The position numbers and the translations under genes are program-made. From Moniliella sp. 'wahieum' (Eukaryota): a stretch of 64,000 nucleotides of DNA. Below are positions 1-14,095 of the stretch, piece after piece (within the stretch, counting starts at the first letter, position 1; the number at the start of each line of letters is the position of its first letter). Where the stretch lies: the NCBI GenBank assembly GCA_003971905.1, contig RSEE01000013.1, positions 682,001 through 746,000 on the forward strand. Direction: 5' to 3'. The notes beneath the pieces were generated by a model. The model was not told where the DNA came from, searched no databases, and was given only the letters and a program-made list of their open reading frames with translations.

Positions 1-2456
1 GTCTGCCTCGTCGTCAGCGACCATGTCGAGGGCAGATTTGCTCTCGGCCTCGTCGTCAGCGACCATGTCGAGGCCACAAGGGGGGGGCTCGCACCGAGCC
101 AGCTCGGGCAGGGGCGGGCGCTCGAGGTCGAGCGAGGGCTGTGTGGCAGAGGTGGCGGTACTGCGTACAGTCCAGATGGAGGCGGGAGGCGCGTGTGGAG
201 GAGCTGTAGCGGTTGGAGCCGCTGGGGCGAGGCGAGGCGTCGGTGGTGCGTGGCTCGGGGGGCAGCGGGGCGGGGCGTACATGAACGCACGCGGGTCGGT
301 GGGCGCCGGCAGCGAGGTGCGCACGGCCGAGGAGGGAGACCGAGGCTCGCGGGGGACGGGGATGGGGGACAGGCGGCGGGCGAGCGGGGCGAGCAGGGCG
401 AGCGGGGCGAGGGGGCGCGCGGGGGCGGGGCGGGCGCAGAGGCACAAGGGTGGTCCTGGGCAGGCAGGCGGGGAGACGAGGGGGCAGTGGCGGCCGAGTG
501 GAAGGACTGGTTGCTGGCGGTGGACGTGGGCCCCAGGGGAAAGAGGACAGAGGAGGCCATGGCGAGGGCGGGGTGGCGGGGGGTGGTGGGCAGAGGAGGG
601 GCGATGGAGGGGGCGGGCAGGGCAGGGGAAGGTGAAGGTGCGGCTGGGCGGGAAGCGTGCCGACGCAAGGGAGGCGTGCTAGCAGCTGCAGGTACCGGCT
701 GGGCTGCCTGCCCACGTACCCGCGCCTTGTCTCTGCTGGGTTTTTTTCCGGGTGGCCCTGTGCGGCTGGGCTGCGGTGTGCGATACGCGTGATGCGTGAC
801 CCGCTGCGGCTGCCGCACACCGGCGGGGTGCGTGCGCTGGGCAGCGCCCTGGGGCACCTGTCTTGGGCGGCGTGAAACGGGGGTGAGCGTCACGCGTGGG
901 GCGGCGACGGAGACAGCAACACGGGCGCCGTGCGGGGCTGATAAAGCGCCGCCGCGTTTGCGCTTGGCTGGGCTGCGGGCGTGCATGTCACATGTCATGC
1001 ATCATGTCCGGGGCTGCTTGCAGGCGGGGGGCAGGGGGCGGGCGAGTCATGTGGTGGCTGCTATCGGCCGCCGCACAGGGGCAGTGCGCGTGCTGCGCCC
1101 TGGATGCCCCCGTGCAACGCTCAGGCACAGGCACTGGGGTGCGGTGCAGCTGTCCCGTGCGGTGCCACCCGCACCCCCAGCAGGGGCGTGCTCAGAGCCA
1201 CATGCTGTCGGCAGACGCTGCCCCCCTGCGGCCCCACTTGCGGCGCCACTACCGCTGCGGCTGCCCTGACGCCTGGCTGGCCCAAACCCCCACTCGCCAC
1301 TACCGCATGGGCATGTGCCCGCACACGTGGCCCCTCTCGTTCCCAGCCCCACGCCTCATCGCCTCATCGCCTCATCCACCCCCACCAGCGCCCTCTCCCC
1401 CGCTCGCTCGCCCCTCCGTGCTCTGACGTGTGACATGTGACATGTGATCCATTGATTCGCAACGGCGACACAATGCCATTTTCCACATTCAGATCTGGTA
1501 TCTAATCTGCATCTTCTGCATGGCCGTGGCCATGCTTTCCAGCAAAAGCTTGATCCTTGAATTTGAAATTTGATCCGCTCGCCCTCTGCATCATCCATCC
1601 ATCACCGGTCACCCGCCTCTCCATCGCAGGCAGGAGGCCAGCGCCCCAGTAATGACTGTGAGTTACCGAGTATGCCAAGAGCACGACGCTCTTCGAAGAA
1701 CTCGCTGAGTAGCCAGCGTAGTCAACTGACGTGCCTCTGCTACCATGCTACCCCATCCTGCCCGCGCCCTGTGTACTTGTCCCGCACCCACATGGCCTTG
1801 CCCACCGAGAGGGGGAAGAGAGAGGGAGAGAGGAGGAAAGACCCCGCAGTGAAAGTTTTCGGGGGCAACGTGGCGTGCTCTGCGTGAGTGTTGCGCCACA
1901 AAAAACACCTACGTGACAATGGCATCTGAATTCTGAATCGCAAGTGGCAATATTGCAATGTTTGCGCTTAGCAGCCATGTGGCCGATGGCAGAGGCATAC
2001 CACATCAGGCAGGTCCACCCCTTCCCCACACCAGCCGTCCCCAGGCCGCAGGGGGCGCTTGCGAGCATTCTCCAGATGGGCGACTCGACTTGGGGACATT
2101 GGTTGGTTGGTCGGGCAGCTGCATAGTAATAGGGAACCAATTGGAAATGGACGAGGACAGCGGGCAGTGCAGCGCAGTGCTCTGCTGCTCCTTTTCTCAT
2201 ATTTGTCCAGCGCACCGCACCCAGTCGTGTTTCCTCCATCTCTCAGACTCCTGGCTGGCTTGGTGCGCTGGCTGGGCGCCCTTTGCCTGGGAGCGTGGCT
2301 CTGCCCTTGCCCGTCCGACTGGCCCCGTCTTGGCTGTCATCTGAGATCTGACTGCTATAGTTACATACTAGTAGCACCACACACTCCACCACCACCGCAG
2401 GGTGCCCTACTATATATACTTCTGGTCCAACAAGCTTCCTCAGCGCTGAGCGCCGC

Positions 2457-4100
2457 TTGAAGCGGCCCCTTGGCGCTCCCTACCCCAGCCCCTACCCGCC
2501 CTACAACTTGATACACCGCCGGTGGAGGCCCACCAGCAAAACGCAACACAGCCCCATAATCCTCATGCACCACACCCTCTCGAGAGCCGCCACCCTTCTG
2601 CCTGCCAATCCTTCTCTCTCCCTCTCGCCCGCCATTCGCCCCCGGGAGCATGCTGGCCAGCAGCGCTACTGTCCGGCCCAGCGCACCTGGCGACGCTCGT
2701 TGCCTTTGTGCGCGAATACAGCGCCCTGGAACAAGACTATGCCGCCTCGCTCGCCCGTGTCGTCAGCGCTACCGCCCCATCTTGGCCCGCACCACCGCTG
2801 GTCCCTCGAGCCACCAATTGCCCCTGGCGCTAGCCCAGGCCGCAGAGGCGCACAGGCACTGCACACTGCCCTCACAGACGAGGTACAGCTCATCTCTCGC
2901 TCCGGCAATTTTCGAGCCCGCCCGGCCCTGTTCCAGCGCGCCTGTGATGCTGTTCAAGTCGCATCCCAACGAGCTGCCCGTAGCCATTTGGCAGCCCTGC
3001 TTGCGGCCGATACATCCGCTTCGAATGATACGCCACCCATTGCGCCCCTTGCCGCCACCTCACCGGTGCCTCCTCCGCCATACGTCGAACCTGCCCAGCG
3101 TCCAGCCGTGGTGGACGACAAGACAGAGCAGCTACTCTCTTCTTCCCTCCGGGACCTTCCGGCGGCCTTCCCCCACAGTTCCCGTACCTGCCTTACCTCT
3201 GCTCCACCATCTTGCTCGTTGTCCCGCCCGCCCAGCCACGCATCGACCACGGTCGACCTTCACGATCCCACCTCGCTCTCGGCCCGATCCTCCGTGTCGC
3301 ACCGGCACAGACTGCGCGCGACGCTATCCTCTTTGTCGCTTAGCTCGGGCGCGGAAGGCGCCGCGAGCGGGTCTCTCAAGTCGGCCTTGCAGGTAGCTTG
3401 GGTATGGGAAAAGGCCGCGCGGACCGTTCGCCGGCTGCAGCAGGGTCAGCTACCGCCCCCCCCACAGCGGCAGGCCGGGCAATCCTAGCTACCTCCTCCA
3501 CGTCCACGTCTACCTCTACCTGCGCTGCTCCTTTCCGGACGGAGGGGCGGTGCATGGGCTTCGACGGACGCGTACGCTGGACCTTCTTTTACCGAAGAGA
3601 AAACGCGTCGGCCAGGCCACTTGACCACGGCCTCGACCTCGACCTCAGCCTCGACTTCGTCCCTCGGCAGCAGTTCTTTATCGGAGAGTGGGCGCGCGTA
3701 CGACGGCCGAAGCGAGCTGCGATCGAGCGGGTGAGAGTGGGTGGGGGGAAGGCGTCGTGCAGCAGGACACGTTACGCCAGCTGTACCGCACCCCTGGCAC
3801 AGGGTCGATCGAGACGCTACTTGGGCGTACCAAGGGACCTGGACAGGCAAAGGACGTACGAACCGTCATGTGCTGGCCAATAGCGTGCGTGGTGCGGGTG
3901 GTGAGGTGGGTGAACTGGGATGTTCGACCGCCACCGTACGTTCAGCGCAAGACAAAAAAGGAGGTTCCCACTACCGACGAAGCTCGTCGCTCCTTGGTAC
4001 CACCTTGGCCGGTGGTGCCAGTTCAGGTGTAGATGCAGCCACTGCGGTCCCGCCTCCCCAGCCTACGTTTCACGGAAGTGAGTTTCCCCTCCGGGACTAA
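2457..4100 (+). CDS. Possible hypothetical protein (frameshifted)
   Basis: 343-aa ORF followed by overlapping + strand ORFs in GC-rich coding-like sequence; no recognisable domain; boundaries uncertain. Confidence 0.3.
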
Positions 4101-5803
4101 GCCGAAGCGCCACGCCAAAGTACGTGGGCAACCTAGTGTGCCGCAAGTGGGCAAGAAGCGCAGTTGCGACGTCCCTGGGCTGGCGTCGTCCAGTATCAGT
4201 TTATTTGGATTGGCTACGAAGCAGTTGTCCGACCCGTCCCAGTCCCCTTCTTCTGCTCATCCGTCCCCTTCTCTCACATTCTCATTTGCATTCTCCTTCG
4301 CATTCGCATTCGCCTTCTCAATCGCATTCACCTTTTGATTCTCACTGGGCCGCAAGTGACCCGGGGGTTGCGCCGGGTGCCTCGTCGCGAAGCACAAGTC
4401 CCAGACCCACAAGGTGGGGCACTTCGTACGTGATCTACTGATCTAATGGGTGGTGTTCTGTGGTGCGAGACAGACGTGGGCTGGGCTAACGCTACCATGT
4501 GCGTGTGTGTGTTTGTGTGTGTGGCAACGATCTTGTCGACCACATCTTCTCTTCTGGTACTACTAGTAGCTTGGCTGCCGAAGAGTCCCATGGAGCGTGC
4601 GGGGCGGGTGGCCCGACTGTGCCAGCGGGGTTGTCCTCTGACCTTACGCACGCTTCTCCTCCTCCTCTCCATCCCATTCCCATTCCCATTCCCGTTCCCG
4701 CGCTCCACCACCGCTTCATCCGTGTTGCGCTAAAAATCGGGGTTAATCTGGGTTGCATACATGCATTTGGAGGGAAAGCGGCACATCGTCGTTTCCTATA
4801 CTTCTACCCTCTTCTTTATTATACCTCTACCCTCCTCTCTCTCTCTTCTCTCTCGTCCTCTTCTCTATCAACGTGCACATTCTCTATGGTTCGGGTATTA
4901 TCCGTTGCTCTGTTTGACTCTTTAACTTGCATCCGCCCGCCTCCCCGCCCCACCCCTCCTCTCTATTACCTCTTTTTCCATGTGTAGGGTGCTTGCTCCA
5001 TGAAGGCTAAGGGTATACCCCTGCATCTTTTTGTTTTGGTTTCTGTTCTTTCGGTGTACGGGCGTCCCCTCTCTCTACACGGTTTCTCTCACTTTGCAAC
5101 ACTTTGGTTCGCGCGTTGTGTCTCTCCTTTGTCTCCTTGATGGGTTGTGGCTGGTCCACGGCCCACGGCCCACGGCCCACGGTCCCCAGCTTAGACAACC
5201 CGGTTGATTTGAAATGGCAAACCTCCATTCTCCGCTCCACTCCACACCCTCCTTGCCCAGTTGAAATGCTGATCACGATGAGTCCCTGCTTGAAGCTTGA
5301 AGCTTGGAGATGGAAGTAGGAGTTGGGGAGTCGAGCGGGGAGCTGGGCAGGATATCCCACGATGTGCCAAGCGAGTACATAGCTTGGCCCTCAGCGGCTG
5401 AGGCTCAGAGCATGTGGCCTGGTGCGAGGCTGAGGGTGCGGAGGACCCGGCGGACGGGCGGTCTGCCGCGCCCATTCCGCCCGTTCCGGCGCGCACGGAC
5501 CCCCGCCACCGGCCCAAGCCAATACAATACCAATAGCGAGCTCCCTCCTCGGCCTTGGGGAGGAGGGTTAACGGCTGCGCCCTGCTGCGCCCTGCCCTCG
5601 TCGCAATGCACCGGGGATAAGCACCTAACGCCCGCTGCTGTGGTGCTGATGCATGATGAGCTTCCCATTGCTGCGCTGCTTTCTGGCCCCACTTGCACCT
5701 CTCCCCCGCACCCTCCGTCCCTTTCTCCTTCCCCTCCTCACACCACCTACACCACCCACTCCACCCACTCCACCCACTCCACCCACCCACCCACTCACCC
5801 AGC

Positions 5804-7431
5804 ATGGCCGACGTACTTGTGATTGGATCTGGCTGGGCCGGGACGTACGCGAGCCTTCTGCTTGCGCAGCAGGGCAAGAAGGTGGTTGTGCTGGAAGCGC
5901 GGGACCGGCTGGGTGGGCGTATGTTCACTCATACCTGGACGCCCGAGAGCATTACCTTCTGACCCTGGGGTGCGGAGCGCGCGCACCGCGCCCCTCGGCC
6001 CCAGTGGCGTACAGCACTCGATTGATCTTGGTGGCGCTTGGGCTCATGGGTTCCACGAAGGCTCCCCCTGTTCAAGTTGGCCGCTCAGTACCAAGCGCCG
6101 ATCGAGGTGGCCAAACCAACGGCTGCCAAGATAGTTGCCCCCCAAGGTACGTTGAATTGTCTGTATTCTCTTTTCTTTTTCTCTCCCTCCCGTCTTTTGG
6201 CTCTGTGCGACACAGGCGAGGCGGGGGGAGGCTGGGACGACGCGTGCAGGCTGAAGGGTGAACTGACATGTGGTCGGTGGGGCAGGTGTGTTGGACGATG
6301 AGGTGAGGTAGCGGCTCGGTTGCAAGGCAACCTGGGTGCGGCGCAAGCCGCAGCGAGGCGGTAGCATCTGACACGCCATCGGGCGCATCGGCCACTGGTC
6401 ATGGCATCGTTTCTACTTGGAACCGAGTCACCTCTCTACACGGGTCTGGCGGGGGAGGAGAAAACAATGGGCGTGTGACCTGGCGCGTTTGATGCAGGTA
6501 GGTCTGGGGATCCCACTGGAAGAAGCAGCGCTCAAGTGGACTGGGTACGAGAAGAATTTCGCCGGGACGGACGGGACGCCCGTGGGTGGGTTCCAGGTCC
6601 TGCATGGCAAGTTGGTCGAGCATGCGAAAGCGTTGGGGGTTGAGTTCCGCACAGGCGAGGAAGTGACCAAGATTAGTTTGGTGCAAGAAGGTCCAGCTGT
6701 GTCCGAGGTGCATGTGACAACGGTCAGGGAACGTATACGGCACCCTCAGTGTTGGTACCATCCATTGCGTTGTCTTAACGTGGCGCCGCAGCTGGTTTGA
6801 GCCCAAGTTGCCCGAACGTCGGCAGCAGCTCATTAGCCAGACCAAGGTCGGCACCCTCAACAAGATTTTCCTGAATTACCAGCAGCCGTGGTGGCCTTAC
6901 CCCGAGGCAGGCACGTTCATTGTTCTGCCCACTGCGCATGGCCCGTGGGGCTACGTCAGTGGAAGGGTGTTGTCACATGCGACTGCGCTTGTGCTGTCCC
7001 AGTCGGCGCCTTCGGGCCTGGCCGACCGCACGCCTTCACTCTTTATCCTCGTTGGCGCCGAGCACGGCAAGGCACTGGAACAATTCGATCTTGCCACCCT
7101 GACCGCTGGTGCGCACACGTACTTTGCCAAGCGACTTGCTGGACCCACCGCTGCTCGTCCATCCCTCCCCCGGTACACTCTTTCCGTTCCGCATGGACCT
7201 CCCACCCGTTCACACGCGGCGCTACCACCACGCCCATCGTGCTCGGATCCGGCTCGCCACTTGACTTCACGAGCTCGGCCGATCCCTCTGGGGTGGCGCT
7301 CTGGGCTTTGCCGGCGAACACACCGATATCGATCACCACGGCTCGATTGCCGGGGCGTGCTGAGTGGCGAGCGGGAGGCCAAGCGCCTGGGCTCCTTCTT
7401 TGAGGTGCGCGCGTTGCACCAGAAACTGTGA
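5804..7431 (+). CDS. Flavin-containing amine oxidase (polyamine oxidase/FMS1-like)
   Basis: N-terminal FAD-binding motif MADVLVIGSGWAG...VVVLEARDRLGGR, then IDLGGAWAHG, GTLNKIFLNYQQPWWP, WTSHPFTRGA, FAGEHT and GVLSGEREAKRL; probable GT-AG intron at ~6147-6286; several frameshifts. Confidence 0.85.
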
Positions 7432-8319
7432 TTGAGATTGTGCATCATGCATTATGCACATCATGAATCATGCACATGAAGGAGTGTGGGCGCCACTCGC
7501 CTCTCGTTTCATGCTTCTCGCTTCTCGCTTCGCTTCTCGCTTCTCGCTTCTGCTTTCTCGTTTCTCGTTTCACTCACTTCACTTCGGGGCGCTGCCTTGT
7601 CTCTCTGCTCCCGGGGTTAAGGAGGGCCTCTCTTGTCCCCCCCTGGTGTTTGCTTTGGCGAGGCCAGATGTGTGATGCATGCCCTGTCGCCCCCATGAGC
7701 GCCTACATCGCTAGCGAGTCGACGGATAGATAGGTGCCGGTCAGTTGCAGACAGAAGAGTACGCCAATATTGGATGGAACACTGGGGACGTTGCAGGACA
7801 GGCCAGCAGGCGCTCAACATGCCCCCACACTCCGTACCCCGCGCTCGCTCGAGTATTGAACGAACGTTAAACGTCAAACCCCCTACTATAGCAGGCCCCC
7901 TGCTCTCGAAGCGACCGGTTAATATTAATTGAGTGGATCAGGTGATCGCAATGCGGTGAACAAAAAAGAAACAAAAAGAAAAAAAGAGTAGCTACCGTCG
8001 GTCTTGATCCGACGACCTGTGGGTCACAAGAGTAATATGAGCCCACCGCTCTTCCGCCTGAGCTAGGTAGCTGCTACATTCAAGCAGTCTCAATACGTGA
8101 GGACATATCCACGAGGCGTCCAACTGTCCTTTATAGCTAGAGCGTACTGTCTCTTTCTCGATCCTATCGCTCATCAATCCACCAATCCACCAATCATCCT
8201 CGCTCCTCTACCTATCCTACCACATCCAGGAGCACCTTGCCGTACATGGTGCAGAGAGTATCCCATTCCTACGCCGCACACATCGGTCCTGCGATAAAAT
8301 ACCCAAGACACACACAAGG

Positions 8320-11300
8320 CTACGGCGCCATCTCCGGCCCTGGATCCCCTTCTGGTTCCGGCTCTGGGACCTGGGACTCCAGCACTCCATCTGCCGCGTG
8401 CGATGCAAGAGGGGCTTGGTCCATCTCTGAGTCCAGCTCTAAGTCCAGCCCTGGGCCCTGCGCCCCCTGCGCCCCCTGCGGCACCGCGTGCGAAGCAAGA
8501 GAGGTGGTGGGGAGGGGGCTAGTGAACGGGACCCAGCTGCGTGCTGGTCGCGTGTTCGACGATGAATGCGCTGACCCGAGCTCGAGGTCGGGTCGGGGCA
8601 GCGGAGCGGACGCGGCTAGGTCCGGGTTGAGTTCCGTGAGCATTTGGATGCCATGGTCATTGGGTCGCGATCTGTCCCCCCAGCGAGAGGATTTGACTGG
8701 GCCACTGAGCCTGGTATAGGTCCTGCCGTTGAGCGTGGTCCTGACATGGACATGGACATTGACATGGACGTTGGCGTTGACGTGGACCTGAAGTGGACGT
8801 GGACAGGGACGTGGATACGTGGCGCGATTGTCGCCGGTCGCGTCGGTGGCGACGCGAGACGACCGAGTTTGTTGCAACGATTGCAGTACGTCGTCGAGCA
8901 AATGTTGACTGACTGGCATCATGGGCGTCGTGGGCATGGGCATCGGCACGCTGGGTCTTAGCTAAGGTCAATTGACGCGGCGTTCTTCCTCGGCCTGTTG
9001 TCGGCGCGTAGTTCAGCTTGAGGGCTTGGCGCTAGGACCGCATTGTCCTGTTGGCACTTGCGATAGGCCGTGACGAATTCGCGAAAGATGCCGAAAAAGT
9101 CCTGGACGGATGCTATTCGGGCCAAGTGAGCTGAGGGGTGGACACTTGGTCCCGAGGGTAGCGCTCTCGCCGTAAAACGCCAGGCGTCCGCATACATTCG
9201 TTCCGTCTGCTCCAGCTGGTCCATCTGCCGACGAACCTGTGCCTCGGCGACGATTTGAGGAAAGGCAGCATCAGCTGGGCATACGGGTCGTGCAAGTTGG
9301 CCTCGTCTTGGTTCATAATCGTTGTCAGCTCCTTGCGCCGGATACCTACATTGGACCGGAGCTGGGCGAGATCCTTGCGGAGCTCAGTGAGTTGCACTGT
9401 ATAGTTGGTCAGCGTTATGGCGAGCAAGGAAAGGAGAGCAAATGGGATGGGGATAGGACGTACCTCGGCAGGCGGCAGCAGGAGGAGCAAGTTCCTGTAA
9501 GAATTGTTCCACCTCGGGGAAGAGGGAGGCAACGGTTCGCTGGATAAAGTGCAACAATGTCGTCCCATCCGACGACTTGGTATCCACCAGCTTGTTGATC
9601 GATGATACACGGAACCCGTATGCTGCGCCTGGAAGCCACGGGCGTTCATAAAGTTACCCACGACAAGGATAATGTTGAGCAGCCGTGCAAAGTTTTCGGC
9701 ATGGAGCAACGCATCCGCTCCGTCCCGCACTCCACGACAGCCTTCCTGGATCGGTCCTAGCGCCTCGATCCATTGCACTTTCAACAAAAGACCTTGCACC
9801 TTGGCCTTGAGGAACGGTACGCTCATCAGCCGTACCACCAATTGGTCAGCCGGGTGAAGCGTAGCCAGTTGGTCTGGTGATGCGTTGCGATACTCGCCCA
9901 ACTTGCCTTTCACCTCGCTTTCTGGATAGTTGGCCAACAGTTCTCCCAAAAGAGTCTCGTCCATCACCACCTCCTCGCATTGCGCAATGGCCTCCGTCAC
10001 CTCCTCTGGACGAGCCAACTTGGCCTGCGGATCCGCACTCTTCATCTCCGCAACACCATCTCCATTCTCTGTCGCACCACGAGGGGGAGGAACGATTGTG
10101 GCGCATCTGCTCGCTGCGATGGCTTGACAATCTTGCGTGCCACTTGGGCCTTGAACCTTCCTCCATCTCCTTGAACGTACCAGCACCACGCAGACGCGCC
10201 GCCGTCTCCTGCTCGTCCAGCGTTGCCTTTCCCCAAACCGTATCTGCCGTCTGTTGCATTCCCAACTTGTCCCACATCAGCTGCTTGAGCTTCAGTGATG
10301 CCATCTCTGTCACCGGCTTGCGGTTCTGTAGCCCCGCCATTGTCGTCAAAGATAATCCTGGGGGAGGGGGGGCAGCTGGCACGCCAGCCCCCGGCGGTGG
10401 AGGGGGAGGGGAGGGGCCTGCAACCCGGTGGCGGGAGGGCTGGAGGTGCTGGAGGTGCAGGAGGCGCAGGAGGCGCAGGAGGAGGAGGAGGGGGAGGTGG
10501 TGAGCCCGGTGCATTCGGGGATTGGGGTGGAGGTGGAGGTGGAGGCGGAGGCGGCGGTGGAGGTGGAGGTGGGGGTGAAGTGGAGTATCACCAGGTCCAG
10601 CCGAAGAGGGAGGAGGCGGAGGAGGAGGCGGAGGCGGAGGAGGAGGGGGCGGAGGAGAAGGCAGAGCTTCCGGTTCGGTTGGAAGGAGGGACGCGGATGG
10701 TGCTGGTGCAGCGTCATCGTGGGCAGGGGAGGTATCAGAAGGCCGCATCTCCTTTGTGTAGCGTCGCACTTGGCGCGATCCCACTTGGGCTTTGATTTTG
10801 GCTTTGGGTCGTGGGGGAGTCGGAGGTACGAGGCGGGGAAAAGGTGGTGGGTCCGGGTGGGAAGCAGGGAGGCGCGAGGGCAGCCCGTCAATGTGGGAAG
10901 GAGGGGGCTGAGGCAAGGGACGGAAGACGGAGAGAGAAAGTGGCTTGGCTTTGGCCCCCGCGCACGTCGACGGAGGGGCCCAGGTTGCCTGCATGTGCAT
11001 CCGTGCTGCGGCAAAGGACGCCGGCGGGGACGAAGGGGAGGGCATGATGTCATGTTCGTATTCGTGTTCATGTTCGTGGTCGTGTTCGTGGTCGTGTTCC
11101 TGTCCGTCCTCTGGGATCGGCGCGACGGGGACGGGAGACCGGGCAGGGTCGAGTGGACGGACAGGCAACTTATCGGGTCCGCGGGACCTGCGACGCGTAG
11201 CACCCGACCGTTCGATCTTTGCGATGGTAGACCGACATTGGAGCGTCTTTTCCAACTGGGCCACCATGGCCTTACGATCCACCTGAGGTTCTGGTCCGTC

Positions 11301-13507
11301 CCACTCTTCCTCTTCCTGTCCGAGGGAGCGACGCAGGATCGACATGGGTCTGGCGAAGCATCGAGTACAGTTCCCGGTTTTGGACTTCGAGCAGCGCATG
11401 ACGCTCGGTGTACAAACGGTCCATCTCACGCATCTCTTGTTGCAACGCCTCTGAGTTGCCCCGCGCAGTGGCCAAGTCAGCTTCCAGTTGGGTCGATTGC
11501 TCCAACAACGATTCGATCAAGCCGTCGAGCCCTGGAGCAACTGGGATTCGGCTTGCCTCCGAGCCTGTTCCGACTCGACCAACTGGAGCTTGAGTCGCTG
11601 CAGCTCGGTCTCAGTCCACTCCATCTTGTCCTGGTCGGCAAAGCGAGACAGTACCCGATTCACCCCAGCCCCAACAGAGAGGTCATGTCCTGCCCCGCAC
11701 CACCTTGCTTGTTGTCGAATACGACCGCCGCAATAAGTGCTCGATCAGTTGGTGGTAGTGCACAAGGTCATTGGGCTCTGCCTGGATGAGAAGGAGATGT
11801 TTGAGTCCCTTGACAAAGAAATCCAACGCACGACTGCCGCGCACTTGGTCCAACACCGCATTGAACACGTCCAGCGGCGTCTTGAGCTGGGCCAAGACGG
11901 CCGAGCTCATGTGCTGCGCAAGGTCCTCTGCGTCCTGCTTGGCTAGGCTTTCGAACACATCAATGCCCTTGTTCAACGCAGCAAGGTTAAATGCACGAAG
12001 CCGATCCATCACTTGTCGAACCCCGGCCGTATCAGTGGGCACGCAGGTTGACCCGCTCATGCAAATCAATCACAATGTCAGGGTCAAGGAGCGCATTGAT
12101 CAGAAGCAGACTGGTGCTCGCATAGTTGTCCAGGTACCCTCCCGACCCTGTGCCCGTATCCCGAACCTCCTGACTGGCACCAACCCGGGATCCCATTTTT
12201 CCTCGCCCTTCAATCGTCTTCAAAACGCGTTGAAGCCAAAGTTCAAATCGGCTGCGGGTCAGCGGTGCGGTCTCTTGCAAAGCGTCAAAGCCACGCAATA
12301 CCGAGGCATGCCCGGCGGGCTTGATCCAATAACAGAGAAACACCAGAATATCCCCCGCTTGGCGACGCGTGTTCATCGGCCCACTCAAAAGGCAAGCGAC
12401 AATCTCGGTGATGGACCGTTGACTGTCCAACGCATCCGTAGCCCCTGGGGTCGAGTTGAACAGTGCGCGAAAGACCTTGATCACTTCATCTTCGAGTGCC
12501 ACATCCTCATCCGTCTTGAGCGTTTTGGCATGCAGATTGTGAAGAAACATGCCCAACACGGCATTCCCCTTGGACTGCACAAACGTCTCCACCCAGCTGA
12601 TCGCGCACGTCCGTAGCGCCACAGAGAGCGAGGCCATATCGGACGCGGTCACGCTTCCTTCCATAATGCGCCGAATATACCACTCGGGCGAGTTGCGGGC
12701 GATGGCAAGGCGAAATCCCTGGTGTGCAGCATGGGAACGACTCTTGCTCCGCTCGTTTGCTCCCTCCACTCAGCCAAGCGATCGTTGTAGATCAACGCCC
12801 ACTTTTGTCCGTATCGAGCTTCATCAGCTGCTCGAGGCCTTGTGACCGCACCTCGTCGGTCATGCCACCGGAGAGATGGTGGAGCTGGCGCTTGGTGATG
12901 AGCTGCCGGAACATCTCCTCCACCTCAGAAGGAGGAGGGCGGGGGAGGTGGAAGCCAGCATCGTCCGAGGACGGCAGTATGGTTGGGCTGAACGAGGAGG
13001 AAGAATCGAGACCATGGGAGAGGGAGGTGTCGGCGTGGGCCATGCCCGAGGCAGCTGCGGCAACAGCAGCAACAGTGGCTACTGTCCTCTCCTTGGCTGC
13101 GGACGCCGACATGCCAAAGGATGTGTAGCGGTGGCCGTGGCCAGGCGTGAAACTATGGCTGGGGCTGGGACTGGGGCGGGGGGCTAGGGCCGTGGCTGTG
13201 GCTGTAGCTGTAGCTGTGGGTGGGAAGAGGTTTGGCTGCTGATGGAGGGCGTGGGTGCCAAGCCGAAGGCAGTGTCGTCGTGGGTCTGGGACGGGGAGTG
13301 GGGTAGGGACGCCGACTCGAAGCGGCGATGGCGCAGGCTGGGCGGTGGCGAAGAAGGGAGCCGAGAGGGTGAGCTCTGGCTCGGCCGACTGGGGGAGCAG
13401 ACAGACGCAAAGGGGAGATTAGTAGGGGCGCAGCAGACACAGAGGGCATGTGAGCAAGGGCAGCAGCGTACCTCCGTCTCCTGCTTCCTGCGGAACAGCG
13501 CCCGCAT
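8320..13507 (-). CDS. Formin (GBD/FH3-FH1-FH2-DAD; SepA/Bni1-like)
   Basis: GBD/FH3 (SLSVALRTCAISWVETF, IEGRGKMGSRVGAS), polyproline FH1 at ~10360-10660, FH2 (KLKQLMWDK, LLNIILVVGNFMN, DTKSSDGTTLLHF, FFGIFREFVTAYRK), DAD-like LLDDVLQSL; frameshifted, with introns. Confidence 0.92.
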
Positions 13508-14095
13508 TTGTGGTGGTGGTGGTGGTGGCGGTGGTGGTGGTGAGATCGGAGAGGTGACGCTCGGCAGAGGAGAGCGATCTGCAGTTCCGAGTGGCTCGTG
13601 ACACGCCTATCCCACACTCAACGTCGGGGGACGGCAGTCGACAGTCGCCCAGTGCCTGTCGCTCGTCGCCCGTCGGCAGTGCGGCCGCTGCTCCACACAC
13701 TGGCGCTGTGGCCTGCGTCGGACCTGGGGGGCCAACCCTACGCCCGCCTGTTGCTCATCACGTGACAGGCGTCATGCCCACACCAGCACTTTCAACGTTG
13801 CTTCTGTCTTGCAACTTTCAGCCGCTGCGCCGTCTGGGCGATTGAGTTAACCCCGCGGTGCGCCACCCAGCACAGCAGGCAGGCGCAATCGATAACCGAT
13901 CCGCAAGCTTCACGCTCCCATCAGCTGCCCAAAGTTATATGCGTTGCGCCGCAATTAACAATCAGCTCCCACGCACCTCTTCTGCCTCCCACCGGCTCCC
14001 CACAACAAGCTCCTGGCCATCCCCGCCTCCCTCCCCGCCTCCACCGTCCCTCGTCATTCCCTTCTCTCGCCCCTTATCCGCCCAATTGCCCCCCC

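Noticed and set aside
300..660. G-rich tract as a G-quadruplex or special element
   Set aside because: Similar C/G-skewed tracts precede most genes in this window, so it is probably ordinary promoter/5'-leader composition.
10428..11789. Long + strand ORF (453 aa) and similar antisense ORFs over genes
   Set aside because: Shadow ORFs of GC-rich coding sequence on the opposite strand (here the formin).
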